Notes: generated by a model not told the origin, from the sequence alone. A DNA stretch of 63,244 nucleotides, filler included, from Vannella sp. (GCA_023345925.1; 7 parts of 7 records of this genome joined end to end with filler, not necessarily neighbours in it); one strand, 5' to 3'; shown: positions 1 through 14,118, numbered from the whole stretch's first letter. Made by a program: numbers and translations.

Positions 1-18
1 TGCCATTCCTAGGATCAA

Positions 19-210
19 ATGATAGCAGAGGCTTTCGAGAAGCAAATGATTGCAACGAGCCAGAGACTGAGGGATCTGAAAAAGCAATCCCTTCCTTTGG
101 CTGCGGCTCCAAAGCCCAAGACGGAAACTCCCACCAACCAGAAGAAGCGGTCCCGTTCTGATTCTCCGGTCGAGACTCCTGAGGTCAAGAAATCCAAGAA
201 GGCAGCATAG
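19..210 (+). CDS. 3' end of an unknown gene (basic, low-complexity tail); probably partial
   Basis: Open frame at the window start ending KKSKKAA-stop; no recognisable domain. Confidence 0.3.
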   Translation: MIAEAFEKQMIATSQRLRDLKKQSLPLAAAPKPKTETPTNQKKRSRSDSPVETPEVKKSKKAA

Positions 211-1025
211 CAACTCCGAGTGTGGCCCCTTTCTGTTTCTACTCCTTTCCGGGAAATCTCTGCGAACTCCCTTGAGCTTCCCTCACATCGTCATAAACAC
301 TCTTAAGAGGATCCTACTAAAGTGGCGAGGTCATCCTATGTCTGAGACAATCGGAGGACCTTTTGGTCTATCCTTTAGTGTTGACGGCCGTGAGTATGAG
401 TGCAACTGGAAACAGATCCTGTAGATAGATAATGGAGAAGCGGGGGCTGTAATGGAAGAACATCTTGACCCAGTAGAGCTCTCCGAAACCTAGGGTGATA
501 GACATTGCAGGGCTCATAGTTGTTGTAGCACTTAGGGAGGGAAACCTGTGATACTTGCTGTCAATGAAGGCGATTGAGAAACGGAGGGAGAAGAGCTGAA
601 TCACCTTCGAGAGCACGCACTCAGACCCCTCGGCATCACTCTCTGGTTCAGTCACTGTAGGAGTGTCAACCCAGCTCTTCCGAAAAAAGTGCGAACCTTT
701 GGGGGTCGACCCCCACCGAGGAACTGGGGTTGATCTCTCCTTTCTTTGTGCATCACTTCGGGCTCTCCAAGCGTTGTGCTAGAGTTATTCATTCAGTGGT
801 GAGATTTCTCTTCGAAGTCATGGATTTTCTTCAAGGTGTGGAGGGAGAAGAGCTGAATCACTAATAATATTACCTAAGTGAAAAAATAATGAAAATGAAT
901 AAATGGGGAGAAATTTGGTGGTTGATACACAAGTAGGCCCTCTCCACCAATCAAAACGAAGCAAAGAGTGGCTTCTTTGTGATCGCCTTGCGCGAGTGGA
1001 AGTTCATCCTCCTGATCCCTCGTTC

Positions 1026-4000
1026 ATGTCCAACCTGCAAGACCCCCAGTTCTGGGAGAACCTTCTCGGCAATCTCCTCCAACCTGACACTGCTCTGATC
1101 AATCAAACGACAGCGGAGCTGAACACTTTGCTCGAGAACCCCGGCAGTGTTGTTTGCATCTTCGAGCGAGTATGATCTGCCTTCGTTATGCTTGGAGGAT
1201 TCTCTAACAATTCCTGCACAGCTCTCTAACTCACAGAACATCGGAGTTCGTCATCAAGCCGCCCTCCTTGTTCGCAACAAGCTGAGGCGCTTCTGGGACT
1301 CGTATGACCAATCCATTCAACAAGGAATGAAGGATAGCTTGGCCAACATCATCATGAACCCGTAAGTGGCTATCAATGCCCCGCCTGTCCCCTCCGCTCC
1401 CATTTAGTAACTTTGGCTTTGCTTCGCTTGTTTGTAGAGAGACCGTCCGCGCAATCCGTAACTCCAGTACGGACATCATCTCTCTTATTGCAAACCTCTC
1501 TATTCCCAGTGGCAGCTGGCCTACGTACTTCCCCTGGGCCGTGTCTTTGGCTCAAGACGCTTCCCGTCCCGATCTCCGCGAGGTAGGCTCTTCAGCCCCG
1601 TGTAGTAGTACTCGAAGCAAACATTGGATATAGGTTGGTATCTACATGCTTCAAAACATCATGGAGAGCGGTGTGGGCCCGATGGTGGAAGAGTACATCA
1701 CAAAGAATTACAAAGCGGTACGCTCTCTGCTGATTACATCCCTCCAAGACAGCATAGCGGAAGTCCGTATTCGCTCTATGTCCTGCGTGGTCTCCTTTGT
1801 TGAGTCTTTGGAACTGCAAGACGAGACCAACACACTGATGAGCCTCCTCCCTCCTCTCATTGGAGCCATTAAGGCCTGTGTGGATGACGATGATGAGCGG
1901 GTGGCTTCTGGATTCGAAGTACTCGACTTTATCGCAGAGAATCACCTGAACCAGATCAGCAAGCTCCTCCCTGACCTGTTGATCTTCATCTTCAGCGTTG
2001 GTGCGAACGTGGATCTCGCCATCTCCATCCGACAGAAGGCTCTGATGTTCCTTGAGTTTGTGATCAACCTCAAGCCCAAGACCTTCGCCTCTGCCAACTT
2101 GTTAGAGCACACCATTCAGTTGGCGTTCCAGCTCATGACAGAAGAGGAGGACGACATCAGCGGAGAAGACACAGGAAGCAAGTACGGCTCTCAGTTACTG
2201 GACAGCATGGCTTTGGTGATGCCCAGCCACATGATTTGGCCTTTGATCTCCACCAAGCTCAACGCCTTCATCAGAGACGCCAATCCTGAGTTCCGCAAGG
2301 CTGCCATCAACGCATTGGCTATCCTTGCTGAAGGCTGCAACGAAGAAGTCGAATCCATCTTCGACGAAGTGATGCCTTTCGTCCTCAACGGCTTCTCCCA
2401 GGAGGACGCCGTCCGCCAAGCCTCTTGCATCGCTCTAGCAGAGTTCTCCAAGTACTTACCGGACTCGATTGCTCCCTATGGTGAGCAATTGGTGCCCATC
2501 TTGGTCCGCGGCATCCACGATCAGGTTGATTTGGTCCGTATCAAGTCGTGCTACGCCCTGTCTGAGTGCAGCACCACAGAGAACCTCAAAGAGTTCTTTA
2601 TGCCACACATTGAACCGCTTCTGACGCGCTTAGTCGAGATGCTGACCGATCCTAACGTGGAAGTTCAAGAGCTGGCAGTCAACGCGCTTTCCGCTCTTGT
2701 GGACATGGCTGACGCTCACATTGAGCCTTACTTTGGTCCCATTATCGACGTGATGAAGCGCTGGATGATGATCACCAACGAAGAGCAGATTTCGGTTCGT
2801 GCCCGCGCCACTGAATGCGTTGGCACGCTGGCCGCTGCCCGGAAGGACCTCTTCTTGCCTCACTTTACTGAATGCATTCAGATTGTTCTCAGCGGCCTGC
2901 AGCTGGACTATCCCGAGCTTCGGGAGTACATCTATGGCTATTGTGAGCACATGGCTCGGTTGTTCACAGAGGAGTTGACGCCTTATGTGGATGGGTTGGT
3001 GCCTTACGTCTTCGCCACTTTGGAGAGCTTTGAAGAGTTTGCGTCTCTTGGTGCTCAAGAAGACTTCTCTGTGATGGATGACGCTTCGAGCAGCCTAGAC
3101 ATGACTAAGCTGGGTGCTATGGTGGATGAGAAGGACGCTGCCATCTCCTTGGTTGGTTGGTTAGCCTTCAATTACTGTGCCATCTTCGAACGCTTCGTGG
3201 AGAAGACCCTGGAGTATCTTGTTTCCCTCTCAGGATTAGTGTTTTCTCCTTCCACTTGCTCAGCAGCTACTCTTGCCATGGTCCAGTTGTGCAGCTGTGT
3301 CCAGACTATTGTAAACCCTGAGTTTGGTTGGGTGTCTGGGGAGCCTGCTGCTCTCCACCCCAAGGTGGAGGAGATTATCAACGAAAGTTTGGGAGCAATC
3401 CTTCAGAACTTGGACGACGAGGAGGAGATTATCGTCCAAAACACTTACGAGGCCATTGCCAACTTGATCCTCGCTTTCGGCCCTTCGGCCCTCCCTGAAG
3501 AGGTCATGGAAGAAGTGCTGGGCCAGATGAATGCCGTTATGCAGCGTCAATCGACTTGCCAGTTGGCCAGAGAATCCTTCGATGAGGGCGACAATGACAT
3601 CTCTCTCTACCTTGCTGTGATGGAATTGGTGTCCAAGTTCACCCAAGTGTACGGAGCAGCGTTTATTCCTTCCATGGAAACGTTCTTGATGGGAACCAAA
3701 TCCTTCTTGGGCCCTGAGGTCAGCTCAGACTTTAAGAATGTCACAATTGCTACCATTGCTGAGTTAGCGCAACACCTGAAGGGTGCCTTCAAGCCCTATT
3801 GCGCTTCATTCCTTCCCATTGCCATGGAACTGTTGAGTAAGCCTGACAAGACCATCAAACACAACTCTTGCTACTGCGCTGGCCTTCTGGTCCAGTTTGG
3901 AGAAGAGACAGTCACGCATCTGTACCCAGAGCTTTGCAGGATCTTGGGAGAAACCATCAAGTTGGATCCCATCAAGTTTGCCAGTGTTCTGGACAACGCA

Positions 4001-4381
4001 GCAGGATCGTTATCTCGCATGATCAACACAAACCCCAGTTTGATGCCGCTTGACGAAGTAGTTCCCGCTATTCGCCAGCTTCTCCCTCTCCGTGCTGACA
4101 CAGAACCTGCCCTCGCCATCCACGAGGCTTTCTTCAACCTTCTCGGAGCCGGCCACCCTTCCGTCGTTTCAGAACAGAAACTTTGGCTGCATGTCTTTGT
4201 GGTGGAGCTTCTGACCACAGAACTCCCCAAAGAGTCCCTCCGAAGTGACCTCCTGGCCTATGTCAAATCACAATATGCCGCCAACAAGCCGGAAATTGAC
4301 GCCATTCTCCAGAGCTGCGTTCTTCAAGGAAAGGCTCCGGCCGAGACCGCTGAACTCTTCCACTCCGCATTGAATGCCTAA
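1026..4381 (+). CDS. IPO4: Importin-4/Kap123-like karyopherin beta (HEAT repeats), 3 introns
   Basis: IBN_N-like VRHQAALLVRNKL...W, WPTYFPW, long acidic HEAT array, LDNAAGSLSRMI and LPLRAD; GT-AG introns 1170-1221, 1362-1437, 1583-1633. Confidence 0.85.
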
Positions 4382-4474
4382 AAGGACTTGCGTTGATGCG
4401 TCAATACACTTTCCTTTCCGATAAGGATGTCGCGCTCCCTCTTTATGGTGAAGGAAGAGAAGAGAGAGGGCGGG

Positions 4475-6182
4475 CTATTGAGGAAGATCATAAAGATAAA
4501 GTGAATCGAGGGCGGCTCTTCCTGCGGCAACTCCGCCGTCCTCCACATCAGACGGTTTGCTACGGACAAGATAACCGCAAGTGTCATCATGAAGGACTTC
4601 TCCCGATGGGGTGGCCATGAAGGAATGGAAAATGCCAATTTCAGGGACGACGTTGACGACAGGACTCAACTTTTCCCCGAATGCGAGGAAATTTGGAGCT
4701 GCCACGGGATTGATGCGTTCCATTAGAATATGCGAATTCAATTTGTCATCATCCCACTTCTGAAGAGCCTCCACAATGGCGTTACCAACCACCAGAGTGC
4801 CGCCTCCTTCTCTTTGGGGCTTCATCACGTACTTGGCAGGGTCCTCCATAGCGGCCTGGTGCTGAGCTTGATATTTCCCTTTTCGATCCAAGTCGTACAT
4901 CCCCGCGAAGCTTTGTCTCAGCTTGCCCACAATCTCGCTTTCTTGGGGGAAGAATTGTTCCAGCACCCCTTCCTCTGCTAACACCTGCTGGACCCGTTTG
5001 GTACCACACAAGTGGTATGCAATAGAAGGTGCCTTAATAGCAGAAGATCTCTCTATCAAGAGACGGGCTTCCCACTCCTTTTCAGTGGGATAGTCGTCGG
5101 GAGTGTATCCCGCTCGATAATACACTGCAGATACTACCAGTTCCTCGCCATACTGCTGACTGTCCTTACGTGTGAGTAATCCCAGAGAAAGAGGGGAGAT
5201 CTTTACATGATGAGGTTCTTGTGAGAGTCCAAACGAGCAGTTTGGGCCACTTCCGCGAGGCTGCTGCGGAGGAATCCAAGTCCAAAGCGCTGGAATGCTT
5301 CGAACTCGATCAAGCGCTGATCGATACGGTTCCTCTCTCCTGGTTGAGCCACCATCATGACCACCACACGCTGTCCTGCCGCCAGGCGACTGCTTCGGTC
5401 CACTAGGAAGTGTTGGTGAGCGCTATGGAGGGCTTCTGGCACCAGTCTGTGGCTGTCATTCTCAGGCATGTTCTCCAGAGATAGGTCAGGGAACAGCTGA
5501 GGCCTGGAAGAGACCAAATAGCGGTGAAGTTGAGCTGCTTTGCTCCCCAACGAGGAAAAGGCCGCTGATATCGCGTTCACCTCCACTTGGAGGAGCCTGG
5601 CCTCCAGCAAACCATCTTGAATGGCCATGTCTACCATGTAATCGGACCTATACAAGCCAAGGGCCACCTCCTGCTCGAACTTTCCCCCATTTTCCTTCCG
5701 GCATGTCTGAAAGATCTCAAGAAGACGGCGAGTGAAGTCATCTCCGCTGAGTACACTATCTCAGGTATCCTAGTTAAGAGAAAGATGTGACAGAAGAGGG
5801 AATACGCCTACGGTTGAAGAGCTTCTTCCAGAAAGGAGGAATGTTGCGCCACTCGATGAAAGAGCAGCGAGAAGAGCGGAGCCACCTCCCGTGCGAACTT
5901 GTAGCACTTACGAGGGACTAATGAAGGTCCCAAGGTTACCGAAGCGCCCTGCCATGTGGTCTCAGTGCCTCCCTGCAACCCCACCCGGTCAGAACTCCCT
6001 GCTAACAGCTCCCTACCCCTCCCCTCTCCACCCACCTGAGGCGTAGCAACAACCAACCCGTTCGCAGCGCGCCAATCCTGCACCAGCACCATCAACTCCC
6101 CCAAATGCGAAGCCTCCAACCTCTCAGGCCAACGAAGAGCGGCCAAACCCGCCCGCAGTCGTTCCCCCGCTGCCGCACTCAT
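4475..6182 (-). CDS. GSS: Eukaryotic glutathione synthetase, multi-exon
   Basis: LGLYRSDYM, QVEVNAIS, YYRAGYTPDDYP, VMKPQREGGG, GYLVRSK...EDGGVAAG motifs. Confidence 0.93.
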
Positions 6183-6310
6183 CCACCAACCAAGAAATGA
6201 TCCGTTTCGAAGCTATTGGAAGTCAAGCGAGCCCGTAAACGGCCATTTTCCCTTCGCCCTTGCTGGGAGGAGGTCCGGACGTGGGTGCTGAGCGGGCGTG
6301 TGGTTGAACG

Positions 6311-7747
6311 ATGGCGTCTCCTGTTTCTGGATCCCCTGCGGTGACGAAGAAGAAGAGTACGGCGGGAGAGGGGCAGGGAAGGACCATCTAACGAGGGGGG
6401 AAGGCGATGGCTCAGGTTCTGGCAAGAAGAAGTGGAAGCAGCTCTTCCGTCGGAAAGGTACGTGAAGGGGGAGTGTAGGTGTGTGGCTGTGGGCCGAACT
6501 GAGCAAAGGAGTAGACCCATCGGGCAAGAGTGACCCAAATCAAGACAACGATGATGGCGAGCAGGAGGAGGACGAGGACGAGCCCGTCAGTGACAAACTA
6601 CGAGAACACAACAAAACCAAACCGCATCCGCTACTCCGCCCTCGCTCTCTCGCTGGCATCTCCGCAGATTTGATTACGCGCACCGAACCGGCAGCTGGAG
6701 AGGTCCCCAAAGCGCGTACAAAGCCTCAGTTTGGGATGCTTCCGATAGAGCTAGCCGAGCACTTCCCTGAGGAGCCCGTCCCTGCGATTCTGATTGCTTG
6801 TTTGGACCTTTTAGAAGCTGACATCCGGAAGGAGGGTCTCTTTAGGATCCCTGGGCGTATGACGAGTATACTGGATATGAAGAACTCCTTCGAGCAAGGT
6901 AATGGACTGGGTGTGGAGGTCCCAGAGACGTTAGAAGTCGCTGGACTCGTCGCGCAGTTCTTCCGTGAGCTACCAGAGCCTCTGCTGACGTACGAGATGT
7001 ATTATAACTGGCTTGATGCCGTCAGTAAGTAACTGTGGACCTGCCTGATCCATTCAACCTGACAGGAAGGGTACAGAGAAGGAGAATGAAGACTCCATCA
7101 ATGAAGAGATCAAACAGCTGCTAGACCAACTGGCACGGCCCAACTACTGCATTCTTCAGTACTTTACACGGTTCCTCTCTCTCGTCTCCAAGAACGCAGG
7201 CACCAACCGAATGGGAGCGAAGAATCTCGGCCTCGTCTTCGGAGCGTCCCTGCTGAATCCGCCTTCCATAGACCAGTACGACCTTGCCAACATCAAACTA
7301 CAGTGCTCTGTCGTAGAGAGACTTATCACAAGCTACTCCTTCCTCTTTGAGGACGGAGAAGCGGACCAAAACGCTCAAAAAGTCCGCGAAAAGGCCGTCG
7401 CCACCATCCCAGCAGGCCAACCGAGCACTCACACGCCCGCCTCTCCTTCTCTGGCACCAGAAGACCGCCGTAAGGGCTTCATGAAGCGTAAGAGCACCTT
7501 CTTTGCCACCAATCACTACTCTGGAAACTCCAATCGCATCCAAGGCGTCATCGCTTTGGTCAACAAGTCGCCAGCGCCTCCCTCGGACCGCGACGTGATC
7601 AAACAGCCCTTTGTTCACCGAGATGTCATCCAGCATAGCATCACTTCTGACACAGCTGCGGGTCCACGAAGTCCCCGCAAGAAGAAGACGAAGAAGAGAG
7701 CGGAGACGGAACTCACCTGCCTTTCTCCGAGGTCTCTTGACGTCTGA
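6311..7747 (+). CDS. RhoGAP domain protein
   Basis: EGLFRIPG arginine finger, FFRELPEPLL, NRMGAKNLGLVFG; 5' exons reconstructed via introns 6357-6403 and from 6458. Confidence 0.85.
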
Positions 7748-7833
7748 ACGCCTCCTTCTTGCTTGATCTGTACACATACTCTCCGTTTGCTTGCATAAAC
7801 GCCTCCTTTGCCTTCATTCCTTGCTTTCCCGCC

Positions 7834-8174
7834 ATGTTTGGCTTCCTCTCAGACATTGTTCTCTTCTGGTGCGTACAGCCGGTTAGGGCGAATGTTTGAG
7901 TGTATGGCTCATTGTAGCTGTTGTGGGGTTTATATAGCACGCTTCTGATCAATGCAGGAGCCGTTCTGCAGGTCAAAATGTGAGTCGCCCCTTCCACTCA
8001 ACTTATCCGCCATCTGACCGCCTCTGCAGATCAGAAGCGGAACCTTCGTTCGAGGAACAAGCTCCCAGGATGAAGGATAGGTTAAGGGAGCTCCTCAGTA
8101 ACCTGCGCGTGCTGCGGTTGGCCATCGTTCTGTGGAACATCTTCGTCCTCTTCCTCATGTTCGTTCTCTTCTAG
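7834..8174 (+). CDS. SMIM7: Small integral membrane protein 7 homologue, 2 introns
   Basis: Spliced product MFGFLSDIVLFCTLLINAGAVLQVKI...DRLRELLSNLRVLRLAIVLWNIFVLFLMFVLF matches the SMIM7 pattern (TLLMNAGAVL...LRYFRIFIALWNIF). Confidence 0.85.
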
Positions 8175-8278
8175 CCGCTTCGCTCTGTACCACTACCCTT
8201 TGTACGCTGACCTGTTGGCAATACATGCCAAGGTTCATCAGTTGTCAAAGAGAGAAGGCCAGGAAAGTGTTATTGAAG

Positions 8279-10665
8279 TTAGCTTGAGCTGGCGGAAGTG
8301 TTGCGCTGGGACGCCCAGTACAGCATGCTTAGCACTCCTAGACCTACCAGGGATGTTCCTCCTGCTACCAAAGCAACGTGTCTCCAGTTGTGTAACACAG
8401 GCTGGCGGAATCTGCTCAGGAATGAGTGCCAGAACGAGGGCAAGTTGGAGAGGCTTACTCTCCTACTGTCAGCGCGGGGAGGGCAGTGTTAAACAGGGAA
8501 GGAGAATAACTCTGGTAGTCTCTTGCAAAGGAGATACGAGTGGGAGCTGGGAGACTGTGGGCGGCAGAGAAGGAAGAAGTTTTCCTCTCAAACTGAAAGT
8601 GACATTCCTGTGAGACTCTCCCTTCTCCGGTAGAAGGCCACTCACGTTCGTGTTGGCCATAGGGAGTCCTTCTAAGGTACTAGATATCAAAGCTAGTTGC
8701 GGATGGACGCTGCAGGAAGCCGGAAAACTGTTTTGAAGTTCCCTTTGAACGCCAACAAGAGCGTCAAAGGACTTGAAATCGTTCTGGCTGTACATGAGAG
8801 CCATCACATCACACGTCATATACATGCGGCGAAGCTTCTTCATCATGGACTCCCGGGCAGCCGGCGAAGTCTCATAAATGAACACTTCTTGAATCTTCCA
8901 TTCCCGAGTCAGCCTGACTGGCTTGGAGGTGCTAGAAAGGAGGAAACCTACGCAAATATCCCGAGTATCATCGTATGGGATAAGGGAACTTCCAACGCCG
9001 AGGAAGTTCATGCGTTCTAACGCATTCAGAAGGGATTCTTGGCGCGGCGTTGTGCTCAGAACTAGCATGTAGAAGAACCTCCGTGGAGCCCCACTCGCAG
9101 CAATAGCTTTAGTTGCACTACGTTTCTGTTAGGAGGGCAAATAGAAAGCGAGTACGAACGGAAAGGAATGGAAAAGGCCTTCCAAGTTGCCGAGATGACC
9201 GAGCATTCGAAAGTACTTGAATGAGGTCTGGCAGTGAAGCAAAGTGCAAAGTCTCCACATTAAAATGAATTGGCTCTCATTGACAGGATAGAGATCAGTA
9301 GCAGGAAGCAAATCGGAGAGCAAAGAAGAGTTGTCTGAAATGGAGTCCCCATCAGGAAGGAAAGGATCTCCCGTGGTCGTCCGGTACAACTCTTCCGCGT
9401 GTTTCTCTTCAAGGAGACCTCCCTCCCCAGCAAAGCAATGGAAAATCTCCTTGACAAAGGCAATCCCTTCCAATGACAGCTCGTGACGAGTCCCTAATTG
9501 AGCCAATCCTTGGTCTGGAAGGCCCAACCCCGTCTCTGAGCCGGGTTTTTGGGAATCAGGGAGGAGAAAATCATCAGATAGCTTCAGTTGGTTGTCATAG
9601 CCGTAGTAACGGAGGAGAATCCAAAGTGGCTTGAACTTGACTTGGTGAATGAAGATGTGGTGCATCATCATGAAGCCCATTAGGTTGATACCGCCCTCTT
9701 CTATCCCTTCTGGCGATGCAGAAGCAATCATTTCCTTCATACGGCGAATCACGCTGGGGTCAGCTTTGGGTTGGCAGATTTTCTGATAGCGAAGGATTCC
9801 TTCCTCTTCAAGGATTCCGTCCCTATTCTTATCTAGTAATAAGAATATACGATGAAGTGCTCGAGAATACCGAGCGGTCAGGACCAACTCCTCATCAGAA
9901 TGCTCAAAAAGAGGAAGCGGAGGATACAATCCCGTGTTTGCCGCTGTGTGGAACAACTTGTCCACATTGGACCCAGTAAGAGCGCTACACTGTATACAGT
10001 AGAGGCACTCGTAGCTCTACATGTGCAAGGAAGAGATTCAGGACGACCGTAACCGAGAAAAAGGAGCAAAATTCTCACATTCCGAAGGATACTTTCGATC
10101 TTCTCCTCAATGGAGTGGTTCAGACGAGAAGGCGAAGCTAATTGATCCAATTTGTTGCCTACAATGAGCAACGGGGTCGTGTTCTCGGCTTGAAGGGACT
10201 GAACATAAGGAATCCAGTAGTCAATAATACTGTCTAAAGTACTTTCGCGGGTCAAATCAAAGACTATGCACACCACCTCCGCCTTCTTAATGTAATCCTC
10301 TCTAGTCTCCCTCTCCTTGGGGCCTTGCATGGCTGAGAACGGTGAGAGACCAACGATGCGCATCGCCAAGTTACTTACAGGATGTGTCGATCACGTGAAT
10401 CGCTGTGGACTGATCAGGGAGAAAGTGGAGTGGAAGTAGAATGGGAGGGATCACAGCCATCACCTGCAAAAGGGTTGAGCTTATCAGCGAAGGCCATAGA
10501 AACAACAAGAACTTACCCGAGAGGACTTGCCCCCATCCGTCACCAAAGACGAAACAATCGAGCTCTTCCCCGTCCCCTCTTCGCCCAGTAAGCATCATCC
10601 AAAGAGCAGAACAGACCAAACCAACCATCTCCCACCAGCACAAGAGAAACCCGCCCTCCCACCAT
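8279..10665 (-). CDS. RHOT: Mitochondrial Rho GTPase Miro (GTPase, EF-hands, degenerate GTPase, C-terminal TM anchor)
   Basis: LVGDxGTGKSSI P-loop, IVGNKLD, ALHRIFLLLDKNRDGIL EF-hand, LWILLRYYGYDNQLKL, C-terminal hydrophobic ALVAGGTSLVGLGVLSMLYW. Confidence 0.85.
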
Positions 10666-10686
10666 CGCCTGCCCGAAGGAAATGAA

Positions 10687-10729
10687 CATTTCCCCCCATT
10701 TCCCCATTTCCCCATTTCCCCATTTCCCG
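10687..10729. repeat. Five tandem CATTTCCC(C) units between two genes
   Basis: Directly visible imperfect 9-10 nt tandem repeat. Confidence 0.8.
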
Positions 10730-10745
10730 CGCTTTTTGAATGTTG

Positions 10746-12209
10746 TCATTGTTGGTGGGCTTCTTCTCGTTTGAAAGTGTTGCGAAGGAAACGGAGACAG
10801 ACCAGGTTCACGGCGGGGTTGGGAGGGCGAGAGAGGAGGGAATGGAAGTAAAGGCGAAAGGTTTCCATCCTCTCTTGGATCACAGAAGCGGCCATCACGT
10901 CCACCAACACGTGGTTGGCCGGGAAGTCTGGCAAAGGGCTGACATTCATCGATTTGAGCTACCCACAATGAGCTGGGATCCCCTTGAGATACTCCGTGGC
11001 GCCACTCACCTTGGCGTGGAACATCTTGAACTGATAGAACCGCCGAATGACATCCCACTGAGGAGTGTCGATGACCACGCCATCCTCAAGGACCTTTGAC
11101 GAAACGCTCATCATATACACCTCACAGGCCAATGAGACGGAGACCGCGGGAAGGGAGAGAGGGGGATAAAGTCACTCACAGTATAGAAGAGGGTCGGGTC
11201 CAACGGGTCCTTCATGGTCCGTGTCCCTTCGATGGTCACTTTCACCAACCACTCGCCGTTCTCTTCAGGCTTCTTCTTGGCCGCTTGGATGGCGCCCTCT
11301 TGAGCCAGAGCTGGAATATCCCGGGGAATGGGGGTGTTGGCTCGTCCAGGTCCTTCGAGGTACTCCGCGCGGCTGTTGCAAAGGTGAATGCGTTTGATGA
11401 TGACTTTCTTTGCGAGCTCATCAGTTTCACTATCAAGCGCCCTCTTAAAGAGCTGAGCCGCCACAATGAAGGCCTTCCGTGCCTCCTCGCTTTGTTGCAC
11501 TTCATCGTACTCGATTGCCTTATCAGTTGCTATCTCAGCCTTTTGGTAGAACTGTTGGGTGACTGGCTGAAGCGCATTCGTTGCCAGCAAGTGAGCACGG
11601 AGGTGGTCAGCACAGTTCTTCACGAAGAGCAAGCGCTTGCGCACTGCCTCGACTAGAGGAGCTTCTTTACTATTTCTGACTACTTCATCCATCATCCTGA
11701 GTGCCTGTTCGTAGGACAGAAGTGCTTGCTTGACGCTCTCCCCGCCCTACACCTCAATGAGCGCTTTTTTTCTCCAAGTAGAGAGCAGAACAACCTTTTG
11801 TTGCAGTTCCTTGGCCCTTCTAACGTGTATCAATGAGTCCTTAGCTCTAAAGACACCTCTGTTAGTGGTGAACTGCGAGAAGGAGAGAGAAGAACCCACT
11901 TTGCTCGATAATCATCTTGGGAAGGCATCGCTTCTGCCTCCCTCCTTGTTGGCGCAGCCTGGATCAAACGGAGCTGTTCTATTCGAGTATGGTACTCTTG
12001 TATCTTCTTCTCGATGATCGCCCGCTTCTGCTCGTTGGTCTCCACTTCCTTCCCTTTCAGTTTTGCTCCACAACCGAGAGAGGAGCACTCTCACCCCGCG
12101 CCATATCCTCAAGGAGCTCTGTAGCAAGTCTATACATGAATTGTGCCTCTTCTACACGCCCAAAGGCATCATGCTGAGCCGCTAGACGAAGAACTTCGAA
12201 CGCCGCCAT
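10746..12209 (-). CDS. Tandem MIT-domain plus C-terminal PX-domain protein
   Basis: MIT-like helices (AIEYDEVQQSEEARKAFIVAAQLFKRAL...RAEYLE) about three times; PX signature WDVIRRFYQFKMFH...LPDFP...IQERM. Confidence 0.7.
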
Positions 12210-12249
12210 CTTCCCCCTTCCCCACTAAAATGCTTCAAATCACTTGTGA

Positions 12250-13992
12250 ATGATTCTGAGCAGTTTCTGGAATCATTTCAGAGTTGATTGGATGAGTGGG
12301 ACACGGCGGGAGGGTCGTCATGATAAGGACAGCTCCTTCTTGGATGTCCAGCGCGGTGTTCGCATTCACTATAAGGTGTATCGCTCCATTGCTACCTTTC
12401 GGAAGCCAGCTCCACGGAAGGGGAAAGGGGAAGGGGAAGGAGCGGGCCTTCCAGTCAAATCCTCTTCTACTCAGGGCACTGATGAGGTGAATATGGCCAG
12501 CACTAGGCGAACTGCTCGTCGCAGAGAGGACTCTGATGACCCTGAACTGGAGCTGGATGTTCCTGACGAGATGGAAGAGTTGGGAGATCGCCCGACCGTC
12601 CACAAGCCTTCTCTGGTGGTTCCCTCTGCGTCCTCGACAGCCATCATCTTTGTACTACTACACGGGCTCCTTGGTTGTACTTCCTCGTGGGACAAAGTAG
12701 TCAATCCCCTCCGCCAATACGGAACCGTCATCAGCTTCGATCGGTAGGTGACTCTCAACGTGTTCCCGCTGCTCTTCCACTAACTGACGTTTCTGTGTTA
12801 GTCCTGGCTTTGGTTTGAGCTCCAAGCCAGTACCAGATGATGCTGCCACTTGGTCAGGATGCTCTTTGGAGGGTCTGGCGTGTACTCTTGAAGGCTGTGT
12901 GCAACGAGGAGGGTCAGGGGATAGTGACTCAGGAGGCACAGACACTCAAATGCGGATAAAGGTCAAGAGACCGCCCCCAGAAGTCCAAAAGACCAAATGG
13001 GTGAACCCATTCTCCGATGCGTATTCCTCTCACATTATCATGCGCTTGCTTCATCACGTCCTGGACCATGATGTGCAGATAGACTCTCCTTCAAAGGTGA
13101 AGAGGCGCTACCCGAACATGACTTCGCGAGGGAAACGGCGAAGCGTTATTCTTGTGGGTCACTCTCAAGGGGCTCATGTGGCCTTGAATGCCATGTCTCT
13201 GTTTCCCCAAAGCTTCTCGGGTCTGATATTAGTCAATCCAGGACTGTTTTCAGAGGCGTCCTGCATCCCTGGCTTTGCTCCGAACCTCTTCCGACAAGTG
13301 GGACATTCATTCTTCAAGCTATTGCCTTCGCTCATTCCCTCACGCTTAGCCTACTACGACTACAACAACTCGGTGGAAGAAGAGCTTCGATTAGCGTATC
13401 AAAGAGTCTTCCACGACAAGAATTGGAGCAAGGCACTTCGACTCTGGGGAGAATATCACTTCACTGAGGGCCACACAAAGGCCATATGCGAGCGTATTCT
13501 CCTTCAAATAGACATACCAGGTAGGCAGACTGTCTCATCCTCTTCTAGAGACGTCCCTGACTCCTGGAAGTGATGGTTATGGCCGGGGACCACGACCACA
13601 TTGCCCTTCCTCACGAATGCCGCCAAGTTCTTCGTCTCCTGAAGGCAGGGCAACAGCCACCTGCACTATATGCAGAGTTCCAGCAGACAGGGCACTGTCC
13701 CATGGAGGAGAAGCCGAAACTGTTCATCACAGTTGTGGAGAACTTCTTGGAGAGGTTCATCCAGAACATCTCGTACGAGCGTGGCATCTTCACAGGCTCT
13801 GCATCGACCCTCATCGCTGCATACCGCAACCAGCACCAAGATCCCTTTCGTGAGGGCTGCATCGTCATGGACAACAACACCGCCGACTTTGCCCTTCTCT
13901 GTGCTCCGGACAGCATCTTGCCAAAAAGCCTCTCTGTTCCACGGGATCTGGATGAGGTCATCCCCTCTGACCTGCGCTTGTCCCACACCTGA
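12250..13992 (+). CDS. Alpha/beta hydrolase (Abhydrolase_1/6), 2 introns
   Basis: LLHGLLG, FDRPGFG across an intron, GHSQG nucleophile, GDHDHI, GHCPMEEKP. Confidence 0.85.
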
Positions 13993-14118
13993 CCTCAAGA
14001 CAACGGGGCGTTGTTGATACGGAGACTCTTTATTCCTGAGTCTGGCAGGGTCAGCATAAATACATGTGGCTACTGGCGCGTTCGCTCCCTGGGACGAGAC
14101 GCAAGCCAAAGCTTCTAC

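Noticed and set aside
368..861. 95-aa minus-strand ORF and a 22-bp direct repeat (583-604, 840-861)
   Set aside because: No recognisable protein, no terminal inverted repeats or transposase; not enough support for a gene or mobile element
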